Source: Octopus bimaculoides
Lineage: Eukaryota
Length of the DNA: 35,433 bases
Direction of reading: 5' to 3'
NCBI RefSeq assembly: GCF_001194135.2
Contig: NC_068985.1
Coordinates: 75,217,225-75,252,657, forward strand
Part shown: positions 13,142 to 24,255 of the stretch, in pieces
Position numbering within the stretch: the stretch's first letter is position 1
Layout of the letters: the number at the start of each line of letters is the position of its first letter
The notes under the pieces: model-generated
What the model was told of the DNA's origin: nothing
The model's database searches: none
The model's input: the letters and a program-made list of their open reading frames with translations, nothing else
Position numbers and translations under genes: made by a program

Positions 13142-13273
13142 ATGAAGGTCGAAGCTTCAGTAAAGGGTTTTTTCAACCCGAAGAACAAGAACTGGTATCA
13201 GCTTGGTATCAAACAACAAATAGAAAGGTGGCTTCAGATGGTGCAACATGATGGCCTCCACTTTGCATGCTAA
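13142..13273 (+). pseudogene. Mariner transposase C-terminal fragment
   Basis: MKVEASVKGFFNPKNKNWYQLGIKQQIERWLQMVQHDGLHFAC* matches the mariner C-terminus pattern VxxFFxxKxxxxYxxGIxxLxERWxxxxxxxGxYF. Confidence 0.65.
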
Positions 13274-14000
13274 GGTGTTTTTCTTGTGACTTCACGAATA
13301 GAGTAAATACATTCTCAAAATCTTTTCACGCAAATCAATAATTAAAAGGCATAATTAATGAAAACACAGTCTACTACTAATGACACGTTGTGTAACAGGT
13401 GCTAGTCTACTTTCCTTTGACAATGTCATTCATAATAATTGGGCTGTATGATGCTAATCATTTCTTAATGTTTTTTTACTTCGGTGCTAGAAGACGAAAT
13501 CAAATGAAAAATTATATAAGCACATTACTGAAAATGGAAATTCTACACGTTTTCAATTTAAGAATTTACCGGCTTTCTTACCAGAATTCAATGACAAATG
13601 GTAGAGAAGTTTTAGGTGAAAGTAATACACTATCAGCAATTTCGGAAAATAGTGTTGGGTTACAGTGAAAGCGAAGAAAGAAGATCTAACTCTGAACTGG
13701 GCTTGTGATAGCAGACGTTTGTGAATGAATATTTGTTTATTGGGTGATTACATTTGCAGAATCACTTGAGAAACTGAAAATATGTAATATTTTACTCAGG
13801 CGTGTGAGCCTTGGCAAAGTGAGGAGCAAATATAGTAACCTCTAAAATCTGAGGAAACCAATAATGATCCGAGTTAAAAATAGTGATCCAAACAAAAAGA
13901 AATAATAATAATAAATCAGAAGAGCAGTTGTGTGTGAGAGAAGTGTGCTTAGAAGGAGTGCGCTGATAAAACATGCGATTCATGTATGTGTGGAGGGGGG

Positions 14001-14280
14001 TCGTTTCCCTTTGAACGGCACATTGAGAAATTAATTTTTTGTAACTAAACACTTTCAAACTTCGGACACTGGTAGAATGTGTCATATAAAACATATTTTA
14101 CTCTTAGTGTTTGTTGCTGAAAAAAGTTTTTTTTTAAAGTTATTTCGTGTTAAAGAAGTCGTATTTCGGTAATTTCAACCAATCAATGACGTGTATTCAG
14201 CTCAATAAAATTACTGCCGTTGTTTGTCAAGAACAACTATCGGCGGTGTATATTTCGTTTGTCACTGTTATTTATGACAC
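14001..14280. mobile_element. Putative terminal segment of a non-autonomous DNA element abutting the TTAGGG tract
   Basis: Non-coding segment starting tcgtttccctttgaacggca, containing CCAAT (14179-14183) and TGACGT (14187-14192), and running straight into the TTAGGG tract. It resembles a TIR-bounded cephalopod repeat with internal telomere-like repeats that I recall but cannot verify. No partner TIR found in the window. Confidence 0.35.
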
Positions 14281-14299
14281 TGTTCGTGCGTTTGTACTG

Positions 14300-14478
14300 G
14301 TTTTAGTTTTGGGGTTTTACGATTAGGATTAGGGTACGGGATTTAGAGTTAGAGTTAGGGTTAGGGTTTTAGGGTCAGGGTTAGGGTTTTAGGGTTAGTG
14401 ATAAGTTTAGGGTGTTAAATTTAGGGTTAAGGTTTTAGGATTAGGGTTAGGGTTTGGGTTTTAGGATTAGGGTTAGGG
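14300..14478 (+). repeat. Degenerate interstitial telomere-type (TTAGGG)n tract
   Basis: 12 perfect TTAGGG units (14329, 14355, 14361, 14369, 14381, 14389, 14407, 14421, 14441, 14447, 14467, 14473) interspersed with TTAGAG, TCAGGG, TTAGGA, TTAAGG and TTTGGG variants. Confidence 0.92.
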
Positions 14479-14479
14479 T

Positions 14480-15165
14480 GAGTAGGAGGAAAAGAAAAGA
14501 GCGTGCGAGAGTTCCAGAAAAGGATGAAGGAGATAGAGATGAAGGAGACAAGAAACTGGTTCGATACACCAGCAGTACCAACAATAGAAGGTAACGGGGA
14601 AGCAGAAACATCATTGCAACACGTAGTGGAGGGCATAGACGTTGAAGATTTTTTAGTGCACCAATAGAAGGAAGAGGAATGACTCCCTCGGACAGCCTAG
14701 TTTCGTCACTGAAACAAACGAACGTAAAATAGAGAAATAATAAGTGGCATATGGTCACATATGTCAAAAGTACTGCAATCGAACGGAAGATAACAAAATT
14801 TAAATCTGTCAGAATAGTTAAGTTGCCACCAGGGAAATATTCAGAGCACATCAAAGGAATAATAATAGATAAAGAAAGATATAATAAACTAAAGGAACTG
14901 TTCGGAAGTTGTATAGACCCTTTAGGTGTTGATATACAATTTGACGAATAACCATCAGTCGTGGAATACGAAGATCTGAAACCCTTGATGAACTGTTATA
15001 TGTAAAATGATACGTATGTAAAATTTATTAAAAAGGAAGAAAATAGACTTTTAAAAAAATGCTATGCTAAACGTAAAAAAGGAAGAGAAAGAAAAACTTA
15101 TATGATTTAACTCTTAAATGGTACTGCTTGAGAATGAGACTCAATGCAGCCATTTTCATCATCAT
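14480..15165 (+). pseudogene. L1/Tx1-like ORF1 C-terminal remnant (unit 0)
   Basis: AIERKITKFKS...IIIDKERYNKLKELFGSCIDPL (ORF 14751-14951) aligns by eye with the unit B ORF1 C-terminus YQIENKINKKS...RIGRKDYGRIKSEFFHDVGPL. Ends in TCATCATCAT at 15156-15165. Confidence 0.5.
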
Positions 15166-16019
15166 TTGTTAGTGTGAACTGTTGCGTCTTTGTGTGTTGC
15201 TTTGCAACGATTTATGTGGCTGTGCTATCCCTCGGCGTTTTGAGGAGAGACGTCTGAGTCTGTGAAGAAAAATAAGTTCTATTCGGACCTGAGTGGATCG
15301 GAGGTATCGTCTTTGGAATTATCGTCATCCGAGGAGGAGCTGGTGAAAGCTATAGAAAAAATGGACAAGTGCCTAAAGGTGAAAAGTTTTGCGGAGGTGA
15401 CGTAGGTCTCACAGAAGGAGGTAAGTCTTGAAAACTTGAAAACTTTTGAAAAAATGTTGGAAAAGAAGGTGGCGATGTGAAGCTGTCACCACCACAAGAA
15501 GTTCTAAAAAACATGGTAGAAAGAAATATAATATATAACGTTTCTTCAATTAAGGAAAAGAAGAATGGAAAATGAGCCTACAGATAAAATAGAAAAGGCT
15601 TTGTGGCCAATCTGGCAAGATATAACATATCTTGCCACAGGAAGCCGTTACGGCACTATTGATGTGTACTTTAAAGATAAAGAAAAGGCAAAAGAGCACT
15701 CCGTTAACGCAATGAAGAGAGAAAGAGCTAGCAGATCCATATAGACTGGAATTTAAAAGTTTTGTTGTTAACCGAAAAAAGTAAAACTCGTAACCCTCTC
15801 AGCTAAGTGAACATACGTAAAAACTTTTTCGTTTTACTACGTTGTAAAAAAGAAAATAAACGGTTTCATCTCGGAGTGAGGCTGACATGGCCGTTTCATT
15901 TTCATTGTAATTATACTCATGTTCATTTATTTCTCATGTGTTTTTTTTCCCTCATGTCTATGTATGTCCACTCTGTGTTTGGGCCTTGTGCCTCGAATAA
16001 AATTCATTTCATCATCATC
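15166..16019 (+). mobile_element. Internally deleted L1/Tx1-like retrotransposon (unit A): GT-rich 5'UTR, ORF1 N-terminus, 3'UTR, AATAAA, (TCA)n tail
   Basis: Frameshifted translation KSFAEVT...ENLKTFEKMLEKK-GGDVKLSPPQE...ERNIIY...KALWPIWQDITYLATGSRYGTIDVYFKDKEKAKEHS is homologous to unit B. The 3' end is gggccttgtgcctcgAATAAA (15996-16001) followed by TCATCATCATC (16009-16019). Confidence 0.6.
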
Positions 16020-17457
16020 TGGCTTGTTGGATTATTTGCTTCTGAAGGATTTACTGTGTTACGGTTGTTGGATTATTGTATTGAATCGTAGTGGTGAGTG
16101 TGTTTGTTTTTACGGATTGTTTTCTCCTGTCGAAGAACTGTTCGTTGCTTTTTGAAGCAAACTTGTTTTAATTCGCCTCTGCGGGGGAATTATTGTTACC
16201 ATTTATGCGGCTTTAAGCCAATTCTGTGAGACGTAAGCCCCAAATTTTTCTGTGGGGCATAAGCCCAAAATTGTCTGTGTGCAGCGTTTAGCCGAAAAAT
16301 TGTGAATCGTCTATGGATTCACCACAGTTGGATATGCCTGTGTTTGTAACAGGCGAAGAAAAGTCACCCGCGGTGTCGCCGGAGAAGTTGAACTTCGCGG
16401 AAGTAACTATCAAAAAAGAAAAAAGCAATAAACACTGAGAATATGGAAAAATTTATATCCATGCTCAAGAGGTGGGGGGAGCGGAAATACAAGTGGCTCC
16501 TCCTACAGAAACGATGGAACAAGTAAATAAAAGAAAAATAATTTACAAAACATATAACGTGGAGAAGAAGGGGCTATACAAAACAAAAGAAAAAATAGTT
16601 GTAAAGTGCCTGAGACCAACATGGTCCGACATAATATACATAAACAGAGGCAAACCGTTCGGGACGGTAGAAGTGAGATTTAAATCTGAAGGGATAGCCA
16701 GGCTGCACTCGTCTGAGACATTGAGGAAGTGGTTCTTCTTCCCATTTATTTGGGAAGAAGGATATCGAAAATTAAAATCAACAACATTCCTCCAGAAGTA
16801 GATACTGCCTGGCTAGTGGCAGCGATTATTATAGGCCTGGAGGCTAAGATAATGATTCTTCAGGCATCCGTAATAGAAGCAAACTGGAAGGGACAGAGCA
16901 TAAACATGCTGATTCATGCAGAGGTCCCAATTTTAGAAGAAGAAGAAAAGGAAACAACAACAACTGAAGAATCACCTACGGTAGTAGAAAAAACACCAAT
17001 GCCAGAAAGCGACGAGAAAGCGACGAGAAAGCGACGAGAAAGACAAAGAGGATGGGTGGTCGACAGTTGTCAAAAAAAGAAAGACCGCGCATACCAGATT
17101 GAAAATTAATAAGAAAAGCGAAAAGGAAAAAGATCTGAGCTATATGGCCATTAAGACCAGTAATAATAGACTAAAAAATCGTTTGTCAAACGGGTGGAAA
17201 TCAAAAGATTTTCTTGTATATAGAATAGGCCGGAAGGATTATGGACGGATAAAGTCCGAATTCTTTCATGATGTTGGCCCTCTGAGGATCTACTATTCCC
17301 CATATATCTTTGAGTGCCTACGTAAAAGCATCCCACGAGCCCGTGAGAAAGAGGAGGAGGGAGAAATTACAGTAGCCTCGAACCACTGATGGTGAAGTAA
17401 GTCATGTCTTGCATTCGTGTTGGTCGTATAAATGTACGTGACCTGAATTCAAGCTAG
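16020..17457 (+). mobile_element. 5' portion of an L1/Tx1-like LINE (unit B): 5'UTR, frameshifted ORF1 (RRM-like), start of ORF2 AP-endonuclease
   Basis: ORF1 pieces 16472-16801, 16729-17109 and 17099-17389 (GTVEVRFKS...IYLGRRISKIKINNIPPEVD, an RRM-like pattern typical of L1/Tx1 ORF1). They are followed at 17404-17457 by MSCIRVGRINVRDLNSS*, matching the L1/Tx1 ORF2 start (I.S.NVRGL). No zinc knuckle visible; probably deleted. Confidence 0.7.
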
Positions 17458-20400
17458 GGTGTTGGTAGTTGATCCTTTTTATCGCAGAAGATACATAACT
17501 TCCTGCGAGTTCATGCTCCATCTCTCCTCTCTTCTCCATTTCACCCGTAAATGGGGAAGAAAACAAATACAAAAACAGGTAGAAACAGCGACAATGATTC
17601 GTAATTCAACAAAACTATGTTCACCCTCACGGGGAGACCTTCAATAAATATATAACAACAAACGACTTACTCCAATCAGACTCACAAGTGATTTAACCAT
17701 AAATTTCTACCAACACGAACTGTTGGCAACCCTATTTAATAGAAATGACTCAGTCCACTTTTAGTGGCCGGGGTCCTTCTACAACATCTATACATACATA
17801 CATATATATATATATATATTACAAATTAAAAGGGTAAAGGTTTATCAATTTATTAATTTATTAATAAATCAACAATTAATAATTTTTACCAAGCCCTTCG
17901 GTATGTAAGCACCATTATCGGTGGAGAACTTATTTAAAAGTTCATATACATTTATANNNNNNNNNNNNNNNNNNNNNNNNNNNNNNNNNNNNNNNNNNNN
18001 NNNNNNNNNNNNNNNNNNNNNNNNNNNNNNNNNNNNNNNNNNNNNNNNNNNNNNNNNNNNNNNNNNNNNNNNNNNNNNNNNNNNNNNNNNNNNNNNNNNN
18101 NNNNNNNNNNNNNNNNNNNNNNNNNNNNNNNNNNNNNNNNNNNNNNNNNNNNNNNNNNNNNNNNNNNNNNNNNNNNNNNNNNNNNNNNNNNNNNNNNNNN
18201 NNNNNNNNNNNNNNNNNNNNNNNNNNNNNNNNNNNNNNNNNNNNNNNNNNNNNNNNNNNNNNNNNNNNNNNNNNNNNNNNNNNNNNNNNNNNNNNNNNNN
18301 NNNNNNNNNNNNNNNNNNNNNNNNNNNNNNNNNNNNNNNNNNNNNNNNNNNNNNNNNNNNNNNNNNNNNNNNNNNNNNNNNNNNNNNNNNNNNNNNNNNN
18401 NNNNNNNNNNNNNNNNNNNNNNNNNNNNNNNNNNNNNNNNNNNNNNNNNNNNNNNNNNNNNNNNNNNNNNNNNNNNNNNNNNNNNNNNNNNNNNNNNNNN
18501 NNNNNNNNNNNNNNNNNNNNNNNNNNNNNNNNNNNNNNNNNNNNNNNNNNNNNNNNNNNNNNNNNNNNNNNNNNNNNNNNNNNNNNNNNNNNNNNNNNNN
18601 NNNNNNNNNNNNNNNNNNNNNNNNNNNNNNNNNNNNNNNNNNNNNNNNNNNNNNNNNNNNNNNNNNNNNNNNNNNNNNNNNNNNNNNNNNNNNNNNNNNN
18701 NNNNNNNNNNNNNNNNNNNNNNNNNNNNNNNNNNNNNNNNNNNNNNNNNNNNNNNNNNNNNNNNNNNNNNNNNNNNNNNNNNNNNNNNNNNNNNNNNNNN
18801 NNNNNNNNNNNNNNNNNNNNNNNGACAAACCAACTTTTGTGACATAATCTCAATTAAAAATTGTACTTGAGGTGAACAATGGAGATTTGTGAAGATTGTA
18901 ATATCTCACACGTGTTGGAAGTGTTTGTTCAGTTTAGTAATTTGTTGTTCAAAAATAAAATAATTATAATGCTGCAGATGCATTTTGTGGAGATGCGTTT
19001 TCCGCTCAAAGGAACTGCTTTAATTATGCTCTCATTTACTCATTGTGAGATGTCTTTTGTGGAGTACTTGCATATCTCTGAAGAGAACGTAAGGCTATTT
19101 TACGATTAACTGCTACCAAGAACAGACGTACAGTACAGTGTGGCTAAAAGTATATTATATTAGAATGTATTATAGCGCACATCATTACGAAACTATATGC
19201 AACCTTGTGTCGCTGCTATCCTGGTTGTGATTACCAGGCAATTAGATGAGGGAACATGTAGAACAACATACAAAATAACTAGCGCACTTTCCGAATTTCT
19301 ATGGCACTGACATAAACTTTTATTAAACATCGATAAAATAATTAACAATCAATGTCAATATAATCGATAGTACCCTGGCAAAATTATCTGTTCTTGTGTT
19401 TATGATTACATCCCTTGGAAACCTGTACCGTGTAACCGAAAATTTAACCAGTGGCTTTTGTTCTGATTTCATTTGATATACCATAAGTTGATGCTTGTCT
19501 CCAAGAAGTTTTGTATTACCTTAGAAATGTCAAATATTTTCAGGACTTAATTTTTTATAGTTCAGCAATGGGGAAAATATATGAATTTCCCCAGTCTAAG
19601 AGGAAATCTAAAATGTAATGGGTACTACTTCTCCTTCCTTGTTCTTGTCCTAAAAATCTATCACCTATTTTCAGATACCTTATTCTTCATTTATTCTTTT
19701 TTCAGGAAATTCCATTTTCATGAAATATATTTTGTCTATATTTTATTTTTAGATTTGAAAAATTATAAATATTTAGTTGCTCCCTTCAAATATCTTTGTT
19801 TATTCTTCCTGCATAAGAAAACATTGTCCCGCTCAATATGCCATGGGGTTAGATCTAGAGTAAGATATTTTATTAAGAGTATTTATTGATTTTATTCCTT
19901 TTAGTTTCCTTTTATTACTTTCATTTATCAGATCATTTATGTGATACGTTTGCTTCGATTCCTGATCCCATCTGTAATAGTTGAATTTAGTTTGGATTTC
20001 AAACTTTCTTGTCCAAATTACTGAATAGCATTTCAAGAAATTCATTTTTAGTTGCCTAAAATAATATTCATGTAACAAACTCACATAGTGATGTTGGTTG
20101 AGCCCAGTTAGAAAACTGTGCAACATTTGTTCCAGACAATTGCGCTTCAAGTTCAAATTCAATCGAGGTAGACAAAGTCTTTCATCTCTTTATGGGTTGA
20201 ATCAACAAAGAAGCATTCGCATTGCAACTCCAATAATCCTTTCAGCATCAATCTGCATTATTGAAAAAGAAAGTAAAAAAACGCAGTTTTCTTTCTTAAG
20301 AATGCTATTTTATTGACATTTACAGCCAATATGTTCAACAACTTCAGCTTCACTAAAAGTTTGTTCCCCTTTCTGCTACATTTATTATATATATTCATCT

Positions 20401-21042
20401 CCATATTTATTTCCTTTGCAATTCTTCAAATGACCTTTGGTTGTTTTCCCCTAAATTGAAGCAATTTGAGAGATTGTTTTTTCGGTTCCTTTACTCGTTG
20501 TGAGGAAAACGTTTCCCACCATGGATATCTTCTTTGCTATACAATAGTCAAATCTATATATTTCAACCCAAATATTATAGTAGATTATTGGTATAGCAAT
20601 TCTCTTTGTTTTTACAGTTTTTGAATCACAAAGTGTCAAACTTCTATTTCGTACTTTATTGTTTAAGCAGAGAAAACGCATTTGTCTGGTACATTGTCAT
20701 ATTCATAATATTCAAACTTTCCTGGAATTGTTTCCCTTGATTTGTTGATTTTAATTCGAAGTATTCCTTTAATTGCAATTATTTTATGTTTTGTTTATGT
20801 TCGAGTTCTTTAATACTTTCACATGTACTCACTTACATGCACACACACACACTTACAACACACACACATATCTATGTATGTACGCGTGTATCTATCTATA
20901 TCTATATATAGTAATATTGATTCAATCAAAAGATTGAATGTGGTACTTAAAATGTTTGTGGCACCAGAATTTGTTAGGGTAAAATCCAAAAGCAAAATCA
21001 ATAGATTTGGTGAATTAAATTTGAAGAAAAGCAACAAAATTG

Positions 21043-21395
21043 TATTAGGTCATAGCAGTACGTACGTTTCGTACAAGCTTCATTTATTTATGTAGTCAAA
21101 ACACCACATAAGATGTGCAATGAAATTGTACTCCTCAGCTGCATAATGGAAATTCATTTCAGAAAGCCGTTTTGTAAATGTGTGTAAATACATGAGTAGG
21201 AGATTAAGAGAATAACATCTTGACTGGGCTGATAATCAACAGTCTAGTATTTACACACATTTACAAAACGGCTTTCTGAAATGAACTTCCATTATGCAGC
21301 TGAGGAGTACAATTTCATTGCACATCTTATGTGGTGTTCTCACTACATAAATAAATGAAGCTTGTACGAAACGTACGTACTGCTATGACCTAATA
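21043..21395. mobile_element. Foldback MITE, Tc1/mariner-type: 147-bp TIRs, 55-bp spacer, TA target-site duplication
   Basis: Left arm 21045-21191 is the reverse complement of right arm 21247-21393 with 3 mismatches. TA is present at 21043-21044 and 21394-21395; the ends read TA|TTAGGTC...GACCTAA|TA. Confidence 0.9.
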
Positions 21396-21481
21396 NNNNN
21401 NNNNNTATATATATATATATATATATATATGGACACAAATGTATATACATACATATATATATGTATGTGGTTACATATATT

Positions 21482-21482
<1 letters not shown>

Positions 21483-21570
<88 letters not shown>

Positions 21571-21584
21571 CAGACAGATAGATA
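21483..21584. repeat. (TAGA)n tetranucleotide microsatellite
   Basis: Visible directly. Confidence 0.95.
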
Positions 21585-22397
21585 ATTGAAGGATTATTAA
21601 TGTAAATATTTTGTGTAGTATTCTTGTAATTAGAGAAGACTGGTGCTTTCATATGTTTGAGGTAAACATGATCATTTCGTGACGACCTTTGGTTGATCTT
21701 TTCAGTAAATCCTCTTTATTTCCATTACTTTATCTAGTTTTACTTATGTACGTAATGCTAGTTGATAATATTATAATTAAAACTTTTTGCTATAATAACA
21801 AGAGTATAGAAACTTATTACTTTATTTCTAACATCATGTTCGCCTATTAAGTTAATGTTTTTATAATATTTTCTGGCACCATTTTCTTTCAAAAGCTTGC
21901 ACACTGTCTAATTCTTTAATTCCAGTCTATTTTCCTTGTCAGACTTATCAGTAATTTTGTTATGTCTATTAATTTATCTAACATAATATTTCTGATCTTT
22001 TTTTTTCTTATCTTCGAACTTCCTATCTCGAATGGAATTCTACGTAAATTTCTTTAAAGAATCATTGTAAATTATGTATCAATGTTCCAAATACCGTTTT
22101 ACCATAACGTTGAATTCGATAAGACCGTCTGTACACAAATGATGGTTGTTTGTTCGATCTTAATGTTCTTTGCATGTAACTGAAATATTTGAATAGCAAG
22201 CAGAAAGAATAGACAAGAAGAAATCCCATGTTATAATATTTCATAATATTCAATTGCTTTCACAATTCTATCTGTAGTCTGGATCTGCACAACCGTATGC
22301 TATTTATGACGTGTCTATATGTCGCATTTATCCCTGAATAATTTCTTAAAAACCATACATACATGCATATATATGTATACACACACAACCACACACA

Positions 22398-22439
<42 letters not shown>

Positions 22440-23419
22440 TCTGTGTGCCTGCCTATATCATACGTTAAGTGCGTGTGCAACATACGGCAGCTATGTTGGA
22501 GATAACATTCCGATTCAGTCATTGAACATCTTCAAATAATATAACAAAGAAGAAAAGACAACAACAACAAAAGCAACAACAACAATACCAACAACAACTG
22601 AATATTCGAATGTAACTATATACGATCATACGTTAATCCGCTCTGGTTGATCATCAGAAATCTATAAAACAGAACGAATGCCATAGTTGTGCAAACTCAA
22701 ATCTAATTTTAAACATGTTTACGAAGTCTAGTACACAAGATATCGAAATCGAATGTAATGTACAAACAACACGTCATTTAATATTCAGTCATGTAGAATT
22801 AGAATCAAAGAATGCTAATATTGTTTTAAGAGATATTATCCTCGGGTTGCTAAAATCTTAATAGAAATAATTTTTGATCAACATTTTAAAGGTGAAATTA
22901 CATTGCAAAACTGTAAATCTTTATACTATAACAATGTATCAGTTATAACTCGTTATAAAAATACGGTGTTTTTTAAAGGAATTAAAAAAATGCTCAATTA
23001 TTTTTAAAAACCGCAATAATCATTCTCTCCATTTCAGTGGAATATGTGCGGCTAAACATAACGTATTTTTTAGCGTATCAAGCTTTCCTAAAATTGCTGG
23101 TGAATTAAAGAACCTTCATGCTTGGACTTTTAAGAAGTTTAGAATCGTAGACCTGCAAATGCTTGAAACTGTGTTAAATGTATGTAGTCATTATCTACAA
23201 ATAATGAATAGGAATATTTTCTTCACTGCCAAGCTGAGATAGTATAGATGCAGGGGGTTACCAAACCACAAATAGTTTTGAGAGTTGAATCATGTAGGTA
23301 TACATGTGTGTTTGTCTGGGTATAAATGTAAGTGTGCAAATGTGTGCGCTTGCACCTCTGAATATATATATATATATGTGTGTGTGTTTTGGGTGTGTGT
23401 CGGGGGGGGTGCGTGTGTG

Positions 23420-24255
23420 TAACCAGAAACATTCTCTGTGGGACAAGCCCGTTCTTGTCAGGTATCCACTGCTAGAAGCTACTTGATGCTACTCTTAAGC
23501 ATCAGTCTGCCGACTAGCGTCCTCCGCTGAAGTCGTTATGCCACATGATGCATCTTGTTTTGCTGTGCTTCTCCCCTGTTCGTCGATTTTTCTGATGGCT
23601 GAAACGAAGGAACAGCGTGCTTCCGTGAAATTCCTTTTTCTGCTGTGATAACGGCGGTCGAAACAGTTCTAATGCTACAAACAGCTTTCAAGGACGCTGC
23701 TTTCAGTAAAATACAAATTAACTAGGGGTTTTCACGCTTCAGGAATGGTCACTTGTCGCTTGAAGAACAACCTCGTTGGGAGCAACCGTCAGAATGCACG
23801 AATAAAAACATTACAAAATTGCATGAACTGATCTTGTTGATATGACTTGTGTGTCCTGGAACTCCTGGCAAAGAATTTTGAGCGAGGGATTGCGATTGAA
23901 AAGAGTTGCACCAAAATTTGTACCTCACCTTCTCACAGAAGATCAAAAGCAATCATGACTGAATGCGTAATCCCATTTGCCCACTCACCCTATTCACCCG
24001 ATCTTGCTCTGTGATTTTTTTTTAAACCTTGAATGAAAAAAATTATTAAAGGAAAACGTTTTGCAAGTGTGGAAGAGACGAAGAGGCCTTAAGAGACATC
24101 CCTTCACAGAGTTCCAGGTCCGCATCGAAGAGTAGATAACGTGTCTGGGCCGATACATTCATTCAAATGGAAAATAGTCTGAAAGCGATACAAGTGTTAA
24201 CAGGTTTTTAAGTGAATAAAATAATATTGCAATTTATTTTGGGTACATCCTCGTA
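23420..24255 (+). mobile_element. Internally deleted mariner element with right TIR
   Basis: ATG at 23595 gives MAETKEQRASVKFLFL..TAVETVLMLQTAFKDAAFSKIQIN*GFSRFRNGHLSLEEQPR (mariner HTH region). After a deletion comes HSPYSPDLALCDFF near 23985-24025. The right end ttttgggtacatcctcg|TA (to 24255) is a mariner-type TIR plus TA. Confidence 0.85.

Noticed and set aside
14300-14478. True chromosome end or functional telomere
   Set aside because: The tract is short, degenerate and flanked by more than 14 kb of sequence on both sides.
17889-17924. Hammerhead-like motif on the minus strand (CCGATAA T GGT...ACC GAAG)
   Set aside because: Three core positions deviate and stem I is weak; it may be a decayed Penelope-like end but is not supportable as a ribozyme.
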